Shown piece after piece: positions 28,861-38,144 of a stretch of DNA of 64,000 bases. Source of the DNA: a virus (lineage: Duplodnaviria; Caudoviricetes); IMG/VR virus record IMGVR_UViG_3300037247_001786, positions 224,001 through 288,000 of that record, one strand, 5' to 3'. The notes beneath the pieces were generated by a model. That model was given only the letters and a program-made list of their open reading frames with translations. It had not been told where the DNA came from and made no database searches. The stretch's first letter is position 1. Every line of letters begins with the position of its first letter. Both the position numbers and the translations under genes were made by a program.

Positions 28861-29209
28861 TTGTAATAAAAAAGAAAGAATCCCCGGAAAAACGTATGTA
28901 TCTTCTACAAGAATATATGATTATGGAGATTGGATAAACTACGATAGATTTCTAACTTTATTGAAAGAAGGGCATCAAGAAGTTCGAGATAAAAAAAGAT
29001 TTAATGATAGACCCGTTTATATTTTCTTCATGGAAGACGATGATGACCTCTATGTAGAGTTTTGGGGAGAAGAGATGGAAAGCGACGAGGATTTTGAGGA
29101 TAGATTGAAACGAATAGAACTGTCCGAGAGAACACAAGATGAAAGAGATTATCAAGATCTGAAGCTGAGAGCTGATAAGTTGGGATATGATGTAATTAAA
29201 AAATCATAA
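28841..29209 (+). CDS. Hypothetical acidic protein
   Basis: 122-aa ORF in operon; ESDEDFEDRL. Confidence 0.5.
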   Translation: MHIDSDDCNKKERIPGKTYVSSTRIYDYGDWINYDRFLTLLKEGHQEVRDKKRFNDRPVYIFFMEDDDDLYVEFWGEEMESDEDFEDRLKRIELSERTQDERDYQDLKLRADKLGYDVIKKS

Positions 29210-29216
29210 ATAATAC

Positions 29217-29244
29217 TTGATAGTGTTTTTATTTTGTGTATAAT
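29217..29244 (+). promoter_or_regulatory. sigma70-type promoter with extended -10
   Basis: TTGATA-16 nt ending in TG-TATAAT. Confidence 0.7.
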
Positions 29245-29291
29245 TTTAGAATAACTGTAACTCTTTTATAAAATGAAAAGGATATTTTACT

Positions 29292-31307
29292 ATGCTGGAA
29301 CAAATTGATTATGAACAACTGATTAAAAGAATTAATGACAGAAGAGCAGAACTATTAAGAGCTTCTAAAAAGTTGAAAAAGAAGTTTATAGGAATAGATA
29401 GGATCATCGATTCCGTTATCGCTAATATTAATGTATGGTATACTATGCCAGAATTAATAACTCGTCCTGTTATTGTTAATTTGTGGGGAATGACAGGCGT
29501 TGGAAAAACTGATCTCATAAGAACACTTGTAAAAGAATTAAAATATGGTGACAGATTTCTTGAGATCCAGTTGACAAATAAAGGTGGATTTTTTCATAAT
29601 ACTATTCAACAATCTTTAAGTAACTCATCTATTGAATTCGATTCTCCTGGTATCTTACTTTTGGATGAGGTTCAAAGATTTAGAACGAAGGAAGAAGACG
29701 GATCAGAAATACATGATTGTAAGTTTCAAGATCTATGGATGCTTTTAAGTGATGGGTGTTTTTCTAATAACGCCGGTTTCAAAGAAAGTCTTATTGAACT
29801 TATTTTTGACGGAAAGTATTATAATCAACTCGATGACGAGGACGAAGAAGAGGAGACATCCCGAGAAGAATTGCTTAAGAAAAAAGATAAGGAGAAAAAA
29901 AGAAAATATCATAGAAGTTACTATTCTGCAAAAGCATTGAAGAAAAAACTTAGGCTCACAGAAACCGTAGATGAGCTTATGAAATGGACTAATAACAAAA
30001 AAATGGATGTGGTATTAAAGGCTCTTAATAGTAGTCAAACTTTTGAAGGAGATAGTTATAGCAAACTACTAATATTTATTTCTGGAAATTTAGATGAAGC
30101 TTATAACATGGCAGATCAGACAGGCGATGCAGATTCTGATGCCGATGTTTTTCACGAATTTTCATCTAAAATTAATATCGTTGATATTAAAGATTCTTTG
30201 AACAGGCGTTTTAAACCTGAACAGATTTCAAGATTTGGAAATATTCATATTATCTATTCTTCTCTCAGCAGAATAAATTATCAAAAAATAATACGGAGAA
30301 AAATTAGAGAGGTAGTAAAGGGAGTAAAAGATAATCACGGCGTAACCATTAAAGTAGATAAGTCTGTGAATGAGTGTATCTACAGAAATGGCGTTTTTCC
30401 TGCTCAAGGAGTGAGACCCGTCTTTTCCTCTGTGTCAGCGTTATTGGGTAATTCGATACCTACTTTTGTCTTAACTGCTATAGAAAAAAACAAAAAAGAT
30501 ATTTTTCTAGAATATAAAAAAGACAATATTGTTGCGACCATAGATGGAGAGCAATATAAATATGCGATTGAATGTTCTATAGACAAGATTAAAGAAGATA
30601 ATAACGAAGATGGAAAAGTCAAGACATCTGTTCATGAAGCGGGGCATGCAGTCGCTTATGCTTCTGTATTCGGGATATCTCCTACTCAAATGGTAAGCTC
30701 GACATCTTCTAGCTTTGCCTCTGGATTTGTAGGGATGCACCAAATAACTAATTCCTTAACAGATGTTCGTCATAAAATCGTTACGTTGATGGCTGGTAGG
30801 GTTGCAGAAGAGATCGTCTTTGGAGAAGACTACATTTGTGCTGGAGCGAAAGGGGATATCTCAAAAGCGACGAGTTTAGCTTCCAGCTATTATAGAGATT
30901 GGGGAATGGGGGACGCCGATAGTCATATTCAGAGTCCATACTACGATACCCCTGGAAGTGGTAATTATGATGTTATGGCTGCTAATACATTGATAGAGAA
31001 AATGGTTTCTGACTGTAAAGCAACGGCGAAAAATATCATTATTGAAAATATAGATTTGTTTAACGATGTTACCGATAAATTGATAAAGAACGGAGAAATA
31101 AAACCTCACGAATTTAAGAGGATTGCAGTTAAGAGAGGTATGGAGGTAGAAGTCGTTCCTCCAAAACAATCCGTTATGAATAGATTTGGCGACAAATTAA
31201 AAGAATTTAAAAAAAATGGAAGTAAGTCTCAAAGAAAAAGAGATTCTCTGATTAGATGCTCTCCAAAACCAAAAATAAATATAGCAGCTTCGACGAAAAA
31301 AGAGTAA
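29292..31307 (+). CDS. Soluble AAA+ ATPase (ClpB-D2/HslU-like) fused to FtsH-type M41 zinc peptidase
   Basis: GMTGVGKT Walker A, LLLDE Walker B, RFKPEQISRF, then VHEAGHA, LMAGRVAEE, GAKGDISKAT, WGMG. Confidence 0.75.
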   Translation: MLEQIDYEQLIKRINDRRAELLRASKKLKKKFIGIDRIIDSVIANINVWYTMPELITRPVIVNLWGMTGVGKTDLIRTLVKELKYGDRFLEIQLTNKGGFFHNTIQQSLSNSSIEFDSPGILLLDEVQRFRTKEEDGSEIHDCKFQDLWMLLSDGCFSNNAGFKESLIELIFDGKYYNQLDDEDEEEETSREELLKKKDKEKKRKYHRSYYSAKALKKKLRLTETVDELMKWTNNKKMDVVLKALNSSQTFEGDSYSKLLIFISGNLDEAYNMADQTGDADSDADVFHEFSSKINIVDIKDSLNRRFKPEQISRFGNIHIIYSSLSRINYQKIIRRKIREVVKGVKDNHGVTIKVDKSVNECIYRNGVFPAQGVRPVFSSVSALLGNSIPTFVLTAIEKNKKDIFLEYKKDNIVATIDGEQYKYAIECSIDKIKEDNNEDGKVKTSVHEAGHAVAYASVFGISPTQMVSSTSSSFASGFVGMHQITNSLTDVRHKIVTLMAGRVAEEIVFGEDYICAGAKGDISKATSLASSYYRDWGMGDADSHIQSPYYDTPGSGNYDVMAANTLIEKMVSDCKATAKNIIIENIDLFNDVTDKLIKNGEIKPHEFKRIAVKRGMEVEVVPPKQSVMNRFGDKLKEFKKNGSKSQRKRDSLIRCSPKPKINIAASTKKE

Positions 31308-31335
31308 CATACAAAAAGATAACGCTTAACTGAAA

Positions 31336-31368
31336 GGCTCCTACTTTTAAAGTAGGGGTCTTTTTTTT
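31336..31368 (+). terminator. Intrinsic terminator
   Basis: GGCTCCTACT-TTTAA-AGTAGGGGTC stem (with G-U pairs) followed by T8. Confidence 0.8.
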
Positions 31369-31377
31369 ATAAAAAGA

Positions 31378-31406
31378 TAGAAAAGTGAAATAAAAAAAGA
31401 GATAAT
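31378..31406 (+). promoter_or_regulatory. sigma70-type promoter (AGTGAAA class)
   Basis: TAGAAA-AGTGAAATAAAAAAAGA(17)-GATAAT. Confidence 0.6.
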
Positions 31407-31413
31407 CTTCAAT

Positions 31414-32172
31414 ATGGCACGTAGAAGAAAAAAGAAGAAAAAAGTTGTAGGTCAATATGGGGAAGTAGTTTTACCCGATATTAAGGGGGCTATAAAAGCC
31501 ATAGCAAATAGATACAGGCAAAATCTCCCCTCTATGACGATTCTCCTAAACTTTAATGCTTTGGGAAAGAATTTCATCTTTCAGAGACTACACTCTTACC
31601 CCATTGATACCATGAAGCACATCGCCATATCTAATAGTGTTTTATTTACAGCAGAATGGAGTGCGGATGGAGCCAATCAATATAAACTGCCAAAATCTTT
31701 TTTTGAAACAGAAAATAAAAAAGGTAGTAGACGTACCGAGTGGGGGGATGTTAGTAGTTTCTATCCTAGTAAAGATATATCTATAAGCAGTTATATATGG
31801 ACAGATAGTATGGATGTCCAATCTGAAATTAGAATAGATAGTATTAAAAGTATTAATATGTATGGTTGGGGGTTTGAGGTCATAGGAGACATTCTCAGCA
31901 TGATAGCGATAAAAGGGGACTCTGTCATATCTCATTCTCTTAGAGATGTCTCTATGGACACAGTGAACCTCTCTTTTAAATATAGGGATATGGTTGCTGA
32001 CAATAACGAATTAATAGTTCGTTGGAGTGAGCCGGGCTACGAACCTATAAAAGAGGCAGTCGATGATTTTGACACTATTCTCTTCGGAGGTAAAGATAAA
32101 GACGATAAAAAGAAAATAGATAAAATTAAAAATATAGGTCAGAGATCTTTGGATAATATTATATTAGAATAA
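31414..32172 (+). CDS. Hypothetical protein with basic N-terminus
   Basis: 252-aa ORF starting MARRRKKKKK. Confidence 0.6.
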   Translation: MARRRKKKKKVVGQYGEVVLPDIKGAIKAIANRYRQNLPSMTILLNFNALGKNFIFQRLHSYPIDTMKHIAISNSVLFTAEWSADGANQYKLPKSFFETENKKGSRRTEWGDVSSFYPSKDISISSYIWTDSMDVQSEIRIDSIKSINMYGWGFEVIGDILSMIAIKGDSVISHSLRDVSMDTVNLSFKYRDMVADNNELIVRWSEPGYEPIKEAVDDFDTILFGGKDKDDKKKIDKIKNIGQRSLDNIILE

Positions 32173-32214
32173 AAACAAGTAGTAATGTGATTAGATACTT
32201 GTCATAATAAGAAC

Positions 32215-32478
32215 ATGTCGAAGTCAGAAAAAGAATTTAAAGAGTATATGCTTAAAACCATAGGTGAGATTTTAGAAGAAACCCATCAGGTAAGTGATGA
32301 TAGCTGCCCTTTCTGTTGTCAACCTGAATACCCTGTTGACGAAGACGGAGAAGAAATGGGATTGGGAGAGGACTGTTCCGAAGCAGAAGAATGGCGTATA
32401 GATCATTATGATGATTGTCTCATCACTATTTTAGAAAAACAACATACGAAAATTCAAAAATACGGCGTTTGGTATTAA
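32215..32478 (+). CDS. Small acidic Cys/His protein
   Basis: CPFCCQ ... HYDDC. Confidence 0.5.
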   Translation: MSKSEKEFKEYMLKTIGEILEETHQVSDDSCPFCCQPEYPVDEDGEEMGLGEDCSEAEEWRIDHYDDCLITILEKQHTKIQKYGVWY

Positions 32479-32483
32479 TTCGG

Positions 32484-32636
32484 ATGATAACTAAAAAACA
32501 AGCAATAGAAGTTGCTGAAAAATCAGCTAGTAAAATACCAGATGATGATTGGTGCGACGAATGTGGATGGTTGTTTGATATGATTGTTAATGGAATTGAA
32601 GATATAGAGGAAGAAAAAAATGAAAACAAAAAATAG
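32484..32636 (+). CDS. Small hypothetical protein
   Basis: MITKKQAIE...WCDECG; fills the gap in the operon. Confidence 0.4.
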   Translation: MITKKQAIEVAEKSASKIPDDDWCDECGWLFDMIVNGIEDIEEEKNENKK

Positions 32637-33210
32637 CAAAGTAATGATTGATTTTGGACCTGCCGATGATGGTGGACTTATAAAAGGAGCAACATGTTTC
32701 CTGTCAGGACCAATTGACCGGGTTGCAGATGACGGAGTCCAATGGAGAAATTACATTAAAGAACAGTCAGAGAAAAGAGATTTAGGCTTAAGTTTCTTCG
32801 ACCCTTGTGATAAGCCAGAAGGTCTTGGTTCGGAAATAGGAATTGAGAAGAATAAAGTTCGAGATCTTCTTCAAGAAGGAAAATGGGAAGAGGCTCAAGA
32901 TTTTGTAAAAGTATTTAGGAGATATGACCTGAGAGGAGTTGATACTAGCGATTTTCTCATAGTTAAGGTTGATATGAATGTCCACATGTGCGGAACTTAC
33001 GACGAACTCTTTACAGCGGAACGAGAGCAGAAACCTATTTTTATTATTATGGGAACTGGGCAAAAGAAGTTAGATATTCCAACTTGGTTAATCGCTTTTA
33101 TTCGTCCCGATGAAATCTTTGAGACAGAAGATGAGTGCCTCGACCACCTTGAGAAATTGAATAAAGGTGAATTGGAATTTGATAGACGTTGGGTTCCAAT
33201 AAAATATTAA
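32620..33210 (+). CDS. Nucleoside 2-deoxyribosyltransferase-like protein
   Basis: FLSGPID...WR...FFDPCDK, YDL..VD.SDFLIV, GTYDELF..KP. Confidence 0.65.
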   Translation: MKTKNSKVMIDFGPADDGGLIKGATCFLSGPIDRVADDGVQWRNYIKEQSEKRDLGLSFFDPCDKPEGLGSEIGIEKNKVRDLLQEGKWEEAQDFVKVFRRYDLRGVDTSDFLIVKVDMNVHMCGTYDELFTAEREQKPIFIIMGTGQKKLDIPTWLIAFIRPDEIFETEDECLDHLEKLNKGELEFDRRWVPIKY

Positions 33211-33239
33211 TGGAAAAGTGAAATAGTTAAGAATATAAT
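33211..33239 (+). promoter_or_regulatory. sigma70-type promoter (AGTGAAA class)
   Basis: TGGAAA-AGTGAAATAGTTAAGAA(17)-TATAAT. Confidence 0.7.
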
Positions 33240-33273
33240 TTAAATAGTTAATTATTAATGGAGATAGTAAAAG

Positions 33274-33750
33274 ATGGCAAAAGAAAAACCGATGTATGAA
33301 TTAGTAGAAGAGTTTTCACAATTGGCTACAGGTCTTGTGGAAAAATATCCAGAAGTATTTTATGGGATAGAAGTTAATAAAATTCGTTGTGTTAAGGTAA
33401 CAAATAAAGATAGAGACGATAAGAAGCAAAGATTATATGAGGTTCAGGCCGTAAAGATGCCTGTTCTTATGGATGCTCCTTATGGATGGTATATCACCGT
33501 TTGGCATAATTTCTGGGACTCCTTTACCGAAAAACAGAAATTGTTGCTTGTTGCAGATGCCCTTCATCACATTCCTAAGAATGCAGTAGAAGATGAGGGC
33601 AAGGTTGTTCCATGTGACGTTAAGGCACATAGCACAATGGTAAGAACTTTTAAAGGCATAGACTATTTAGATGACCCTGATATGCCTCATCTTTTGAATG
33701 AAGAAGTTAAATGGATTACTAATAAATTAGATGTTGATGAACAAGAATAA
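33274..33750 (+). CDS. Phage metallopeptidase-like protein with degenerate HExxH
   Basis: YITVW..FW..F.E.QK.LL.ADALHHI ... DV..HS..V layout of phage putative metallopeptidases; HE replaced by DA. Confidence 0.45.
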   Translation: MAKEKPMYELVEEFSQLATGLVEKYPEVFYGIEVNKIRCVKVTNKDRDDKKQRLYEVQAVKMPVLMDAPYGWYITVWHNFWDSFTEKQKLLLVADALHHIPKNAVEDEGKVVPCDVKAHSTMVRTFKGIDYLDDPDMPHLLNEEVKWITNKLDVDEQE

Positions 33751-33768
33751 TAAATAGGAGAATATGAT

Positions 33769-34227
33769 ATGCCATACCAATTATGTATGAGAGATGAATA
33801 CGGACAAGGGAGTATACTCTTTTCCGATAACGATTTAGATAAAGCCATTCAACACGGCAAACGATTAATAAATTCTGCGAATGTTGATAACGCTTTAACC
33901 GTTGAGGATAAAAAGCAGAATTGGGAAACTTTCATGATAGAGATAGATGTTCCTGATGATGTTCCTGGAATAGATAATCTTCCTTATACCTATGCTGGCA
34001 AGGATGGCAGAGGTGTGGATCAAGTATTTGATAGCGAGAATACAGTTACCAAGCTTTCGGAAATAGAAGAAATGGTTACTCTTAAAATGTATTTAGGCGA
34101 TCTAGATAAGAAGCCTTGGTATGCTTCGGTTCCTAGTAGAAAAGTTAGAGGAGAAGAGGATATGATAGGCTCTCTGACTCATCCTTCTTTGCAAGGAAAA
34201 AATATCATATATATTAGAAGTCTTTAG
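33769..34227 (+). CDS. Hypothetical protein
   Basis: 152-aa ORF, RBS AGGAG. Confidence 0.6.
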   Translation: MPYQLCMRDEYGQGSILFSDNDLDKAIQHGKRLINSANVDNALTVEDKKQNWETFMIEIDVPDDVPGIDNLPYTYAGKDGRGVDQVFDSENTVTKLSEIEEMVTLKMYLGDLDKKPWYASVPSRKVRGEEDMIGSLTHPSLQGKNIIYIRSL

Positions 34228-34236
34228 GAGATAGTA

Positions 34237-34443
34237 ATGTATAGGGTAGACGAATTTTTAGAATATTGTACTAGACCAAATCGAGCAAAATCTTGTTATG
34301 ATGGTAAGTGGGTTAATGCTAGACCATTACCATTCTATTATGGCATTTTAACTAAAGGGTATTGGATAGAACGAAAAAAGAGAATGAAAGACGCTAAGGC
34401 AGTTTTACAAGGTAAAGCTGTGGCGGTTACCTGGGAGGGATAA
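34237..34443 (+). CDS. Small hypothetical protein
   Basis: RBS AGGAG; WVNARP...DAKAVLQGKAVAV.W. Confidence 0.55.
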   Translation: MYRVDEFLEYCTRPNRAKSCYDGKWVNARPLPFYYGILTKGYWIERKKRMKDAKAVLQGKAVAVTWEG

Positions 34444-34445
34444 TA

Positions 34446-34964
34446 ATGAATCATACTAATGATTGTAATTATTGCGTAAATAAATTTAAATTTAAGTTTA
34501 AATATAGAAAATGGTCGGAAGTAACTAAAGTTCTTTACGATAAAGCAGTAACACGATTTTCTCCAATTGAAACAATTACTTTTATGTTTAAAGGTAAGTC
34601 ATGGATAATTGACTATACTTGTGGGGCAAAATTTGGTGTTGACGCCGGGGCAGTTTCTGATGATTATCTCCATCTTTATTTAACAGAACCATTAACTTAT
34701 ATGCAAGCAAAAAAGAAAAATGAATCTATGGGAAGAGATGTATGGTTAACTCCTTTTGAAGAAGTTAAATCTTTATCGCCTGATAAAGATTTAAAACGTC
34801 TTAAAACTATAAGTAAAGAAGCTGCAAAATTAGATTTACTTATAACTATAGATGATGTTTTCGGCGATAACTTACATCATTATTGTGGCATAAAGACAAT
34901 AAAAGGTAATGAGCATATTAAAATAATGCTTGAAGAAGCATATAGTTGTGGAGAAGATAAATAA
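34446..34964 (+). CDS. Hypothetical protein
   Basis: 172-aa ORF in operon. Confidence 0.5.
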   Translation: MNHTNDCNYCVNKFKFKFKYRKWSEVTKVLYDKAVTRFSPIETITFMFKGKSWIIDYTCGAKFGVDAGAVSDDYLHLYLTEPLTYMQAKKKNESMGRDVWLTPFEEVKSLSPDKDLKRLKTISKEAAKLDLLITIDDVFGDNLHHYCGIKTIKGNEHIKIMLEEAYSCGEDK

Positions 34965-35638
34965 TGGCAAAAAAATTAATAGTAGGGGTATCTGGAAAAA
35001 AACAATCAGGTAAAAATACTATGTGTGATTGTTTATATAAACTTTTTACTGAAAAATATTCTCCTGAAGATGTTTCGATATTAAGTTTTGCAGATGCTCT
35101 AAAACAAAAAGTTTGTAAAGATGTCCTTGGTCTAACGGAAGAACAGGTGAATGGCACAGATGAGCAAAAGAATACTTTGACTATTTATAAGTGGGAAAAT
35201 TTACCTCATGAAATAAGGCATCATAATAAAATTGGATGCGGCTATGCTCCTAACGGAGAAGTTTGTGAGTATATAAAGCCTACAGGGTATATGACAGCAA
35301 GAGAAATTATGCAAGTTGTGGGTACAGATATTTTTAGAAATTATTTTGATGATAATATTTGGGTCAACGCTACCTTAAGAGATATAGAGAAAAGTGATGC
35401 TAAGGTTGTCTTAATTAGTGATGTTCGTTTTCCTTGTGAAGTAGAGTCTCTTATTAAAGAGGGTGGATACGTTATTAGATTATTAAGAGATGTTTGTGAG
35501 GCTGATTCTCATTCTTCAGAAGTAGCTTTAGATGATTTTAATTTTGAGAAAAAGAATTGTATTATTTTTGACAATAAAGATATGAGTATAGAGCAGCAAA
35601 ATGAAGAAACTATAAAAATTTGTAATAATTTAAAATAG
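34964..35638 (+). CDS. Deoxynucleoside monophosphate kinase (T4 gp1-like)
   Basis: GVSGKKQSGKNT P-loop, SFADALK, REIMQVVGTD, ISDVRFPCE, HSSE. Confidence 0.85.
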   Translation: MAKKLIVGVSGKKQSGKNTMCDCLYKLFTEKYSPEDVSILSFADALKQKVCKDVLGLTEEQVNGTDEQKNTLTIYKWENLPHEIRHHNKIGCGYAPNGEVCEYIKPTGYMTAREIMQVVGTDIFRNYFDDNIWVNATLRDIEKSDAKVVLISDVRFPCEVESLIKEGGYVIRLLRDVCEADSHSSEVALDDFNFEKKNCIIFDNKDMSIEQQNEETIKICNNLK

Positions 35639-35648
35639 GAGAATAACA

Positions 35649-35897
35649 ATGTTTTTAAATGTAAAAGAATACCAAAAGGATAGAGAAGTAGTGATCAACA
35701 CAGATAATATTTCATATTTTCATGAGAATAAAGATGGTGACAATGTATATACTCACATAAATTATATTAAGGGGTCTTTTATACATGTTGAAGAGAAGTA
35801 TGATGATTTGAAATTTATACTTACAGGGGCAGATGATATGTTTTCTTATAATCTAGCAGTATTTGAAACGGAAGCAAAACACAATGAAAACAACTAG
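35649..35897 (+). CDS. Small hypothetical protein
   Basis: RBS AGGAG; INTDNISY..E...T.I beta-rich pattern. Confidence 0.5.
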   Translation: MFLNVKEYQKDREVVINTDNISYFHENKDGDNVYTHINYIKGSFIHVEEKYDDLKFILTGADDMFSYNLAVFETEAKHNENN

Positions 35898-36087
35898 TTG
35901 CGATATTTGCAAAAATAAATTTTCTAAAAGAGACAATTATGTCAGTGGGTCACTTATTGTTAGGGGAAATGCTAATCGCTATGACAATGGGATTTATCGA
36001 CATATTGATGAGTTTGATGTTTGTGAAAAATGTCTTATAGTAGTTGATAAATTTATAGAAAAGTTAAAGAATGAGAAGGAGAAATAA
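35884..36087 (+). CDS. Small zinc-ribbon protein
   Basis: CDICK ... DVCEKC. Confidence 0.55.
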   Translation: MKTTSCDICKNKFSKRDNYVSGSLIVRGNANRYDNGIYRHIDEFDVCEKCLIVVDKFIEKLKNEKEK

Positions 36088-36090
36088 TTA

Positions 36091-37215
36091 ATGGCAACAG
36101 AAATACCATTATCAATTAAATATAGACCTCATAAGTTGTCAGAAGTTATTGGACAGCCAGTAGTAGTAAAAGCTTTTTCTAATGCTTTTAAATATAAAAC
36201 TCTTCACCACGCTTATATCCTTGCAGGAAAATTTGGGACAGGTAAAACCACTGTGGCTCGTATAGTAGCTGCTATGGAAAATTGCGTTAAAGGACCAACA
36301 CAGGAGCCATGTGGAGAATGTAAAAATTGCAAAGAGATATTCGCAGGTACATCTTTTGATATCAGAGAGATGGATGGTGCCAGTAATCGAGGCATAGATG
36401 ATATTAGACAATTGAAAAAAGAAGTTTATCAATCTCCTTTAGAATGTCGTACTAAATATATAATTATTGATGAAGCTCATTCTCTTTCTAGAGAGGGAGC
36501 AGAAGCCGCTTTAAAAATAATAGAAGAGCCACCAGAAAAAGTTCGTTTTATTTTAGCAACAACCGAGCCTCATAAAATTAAAGAGACTATTCATAGTCGT
36601 TGCATTATGTGGAAATTTAATAAAGTAGGTTGGGCGGAACTTTATACTCACTTAAAAAATATTGCTGGAAAAGAAGGATTAGAGTATGATGACGACGCGT
36701 TAAAGATATGTGCCAAGGCTTCTAAGGGAAGTGTTCGAAATGCTTTAGTTAATTTACAGACTATAATGAATTACGTTGGTGAAGATAGGATAACTACTCA
36801 GTCTGTTAAGGAGTCGCTGGGAGCTATAGATGAAAAACTTTATTTTGATTTAATGGATTCTATATCTCAGGGAGATGCTGCTAAGGCACTTTATTATATT
36901 AACTATTTGCTTATGGATGGGAAAGAGGTTGGTCTCATTATTAATGGTATCAATAACCATGTTTGTCATCTGTTAAAAGCGAGAATACTAAAAAAAGATT
37001 TATCTCAATTCTCTTTTAGCGAAGAAGAGTCAAAAAGGTATTGCGAACAATCTGATGCCATGGCCAGTGGAAAAGCTCTTTTATCCATGATGAGACATCT
37101 GCGAGAGATATCTTTTGGGATTAATTACAATTTAGATCCGCAGTCAGAATTGGAAGAATTTGCTATTAGTGCAATACAAGAAGTTAAAACTGCAAAGGCT
37201 AGAGCATCTGTTTAA
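36091..37215 (+). CDS. dnaX: DNA polymerase III clamp loader gamma/tau subunit (gamma-length)
   Basis: KYRP..L.EVIGQ, HAYIL.GKFGTGKTT, CGECKNC, EMDGASNRGIDDIR, IIDEAH, EEPP, TIHSRC. Confidence 0.95.
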   Translation: MATEIPLSIKYRPHKLSEVIGQPVVVKAFSNAFKYKTLHHAYILAGKFGTGKTTVARIVAAMENCVKGPTQEPCGECKNCKEIFAGTSFDIREMDGASNRGIDDIRQLKKEVYQSPLECRTKYIIIDEAHSLSREGAEAALKIIEEPPEKVRFILATTEPHKIKETIHSRCIMWKFNKVGWAELYTHLKNIAGKEGLEYDDDALKICAKASKGSVRNALVNLQTIMNYVGEDRITTQSVKESLGAIDEKLYFDLMDSISQGDAAKALYYINYLLMDGKEVGLIINGINNHVCHLLKARILKKDLSQFSFSEEESKRYCEQSDAMASGKALLSMMRHLREISFGINYNLDPQSELEEFAISAIQEVKTAKARASV

Positions 37216-37240
37216 TAACTAAGTGATTATATATATCCTG

Positions 37241-37272
37241 TTATGTCGATATACAGTTAAATATCGATATAA
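37241..37272. promoter_or_regulatory. 12-bp inverted repeat upstream of the sigma factor gene
   Basis: TTATGTCGATAT-ACAGTTAA-ATATCGATATAA (one mismatch, G-U in RNA). Confidence 0.5.
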
Positions 37273-37289
37273 AAAATAAGAGGGTATAT

Positions 37290-38039
37290 ATGACTAAGTC
37301 TAAAAAGACGGCGACTAAAAAGAAGAGGAAAAAAGAGATTCCTTTTAAAGATATGGATTTTCCTGATTTAGTAGACATTGTTAAAAGCAGGGGCAGGGTT
37401 GATAAGAATAAAGTTAATGCGGCGTATAACGAGATACAGTCTAGAATGAAAATAAAAATAGGCTACCTTGTGCATAAATTTTATATCCCAGGACATACGA
37501 CAGATGATGTGAATCAAGAGGCACTATTAGCATTGCGTTATAAGGCTATTCCTGATTATAAGAAAAATGTTATAGGTAAAAATGGACCTTATCCGTTTGA
37601 TAAATTTGCTGTTTTATGTATCAGAAGGCATTTGTCAACATTGTTGAAGACCTGTTATCAGAATAAACAAAAAACTTTAAATACTAGCTTATCTTTAGAT
37701 CAAGATAGAAACGAGTCATCAGAAGAAGCTCTATTCTTGGTAGATATTATTCCTAGAACAGAAGGGAATATTTTAGAAGAAATAGGGGATAAAGAATATT
37801 ATAAGTTTTTATTTAATAAGCTATATGAGAGATTGTCCAAATTTGAAAAGCAAGTATTTTTATTATATGCTCAAAAATACTCTTATGAAGAGATAGCTGT
37901 CCTTATCCATAAAAGAAATAAGAGAGATAATAAAAAAAATAAAAAGGTTAAAGATATCATAAAAAGTGTGGATAACGCACTTTCTCGGATGAAGCAGAAA
38001 GCAAAAGAAGTGTTCAAGCAGCATGGAGATGGAGAGTAG
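37290..38039 (+). CDS. RNA polymerase sigma factor, sigma70 family, SigH-like
   Basis: DDVNQEALL, F.KFA.LCIRR, NTSLSLD, LSKFEKQVF..Y..SYEEIA..KSVDNALSRMKQK (SigH-type region 4). Confidence 0.85.
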   Translation: MTKSKKTATKKKRKKEIPFKDMDFPDLVDIVKSRGRVDKNKVNAAYNEIQSRMKIKIGYLVHKFYIPGHTTDDVNQEALLALRYKAIPDYKKNVIGKNGPYPFDKFAVLCIRRHLSTLLKTCYQNKQKTLNTSLSLDQDRNESSEEALFLVDIIPRTEGNILEEIGDKEYYKFLFNKLYERLSKFEKQVFLLYAQKYSYEEIAVLIHKRNKRDNKKNKKVKDIIKSVDNALSRMKQKAKEVFKQHGDGE

Positions 38040-38080
38040 GCTATAGGTTTCATATTTTCCGAAAAAGATAAATAAAGTTG

Positions 38081-38109
38081 TAGAAAAGTGAAAAGATAAA
38101 CATTATATT
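38081..38109 (+). promoter_or_regulatory. sigma70-type promoter (AGTGAAA class)
   Basis: TAGAAA-AGTGAAAAGATAAACAT(17)-TATATT. Confidence 0.65.
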
Positions 38110-38144
38110 TGAAGAAGAACATTAAAGAATAAACAGGAGAAATT

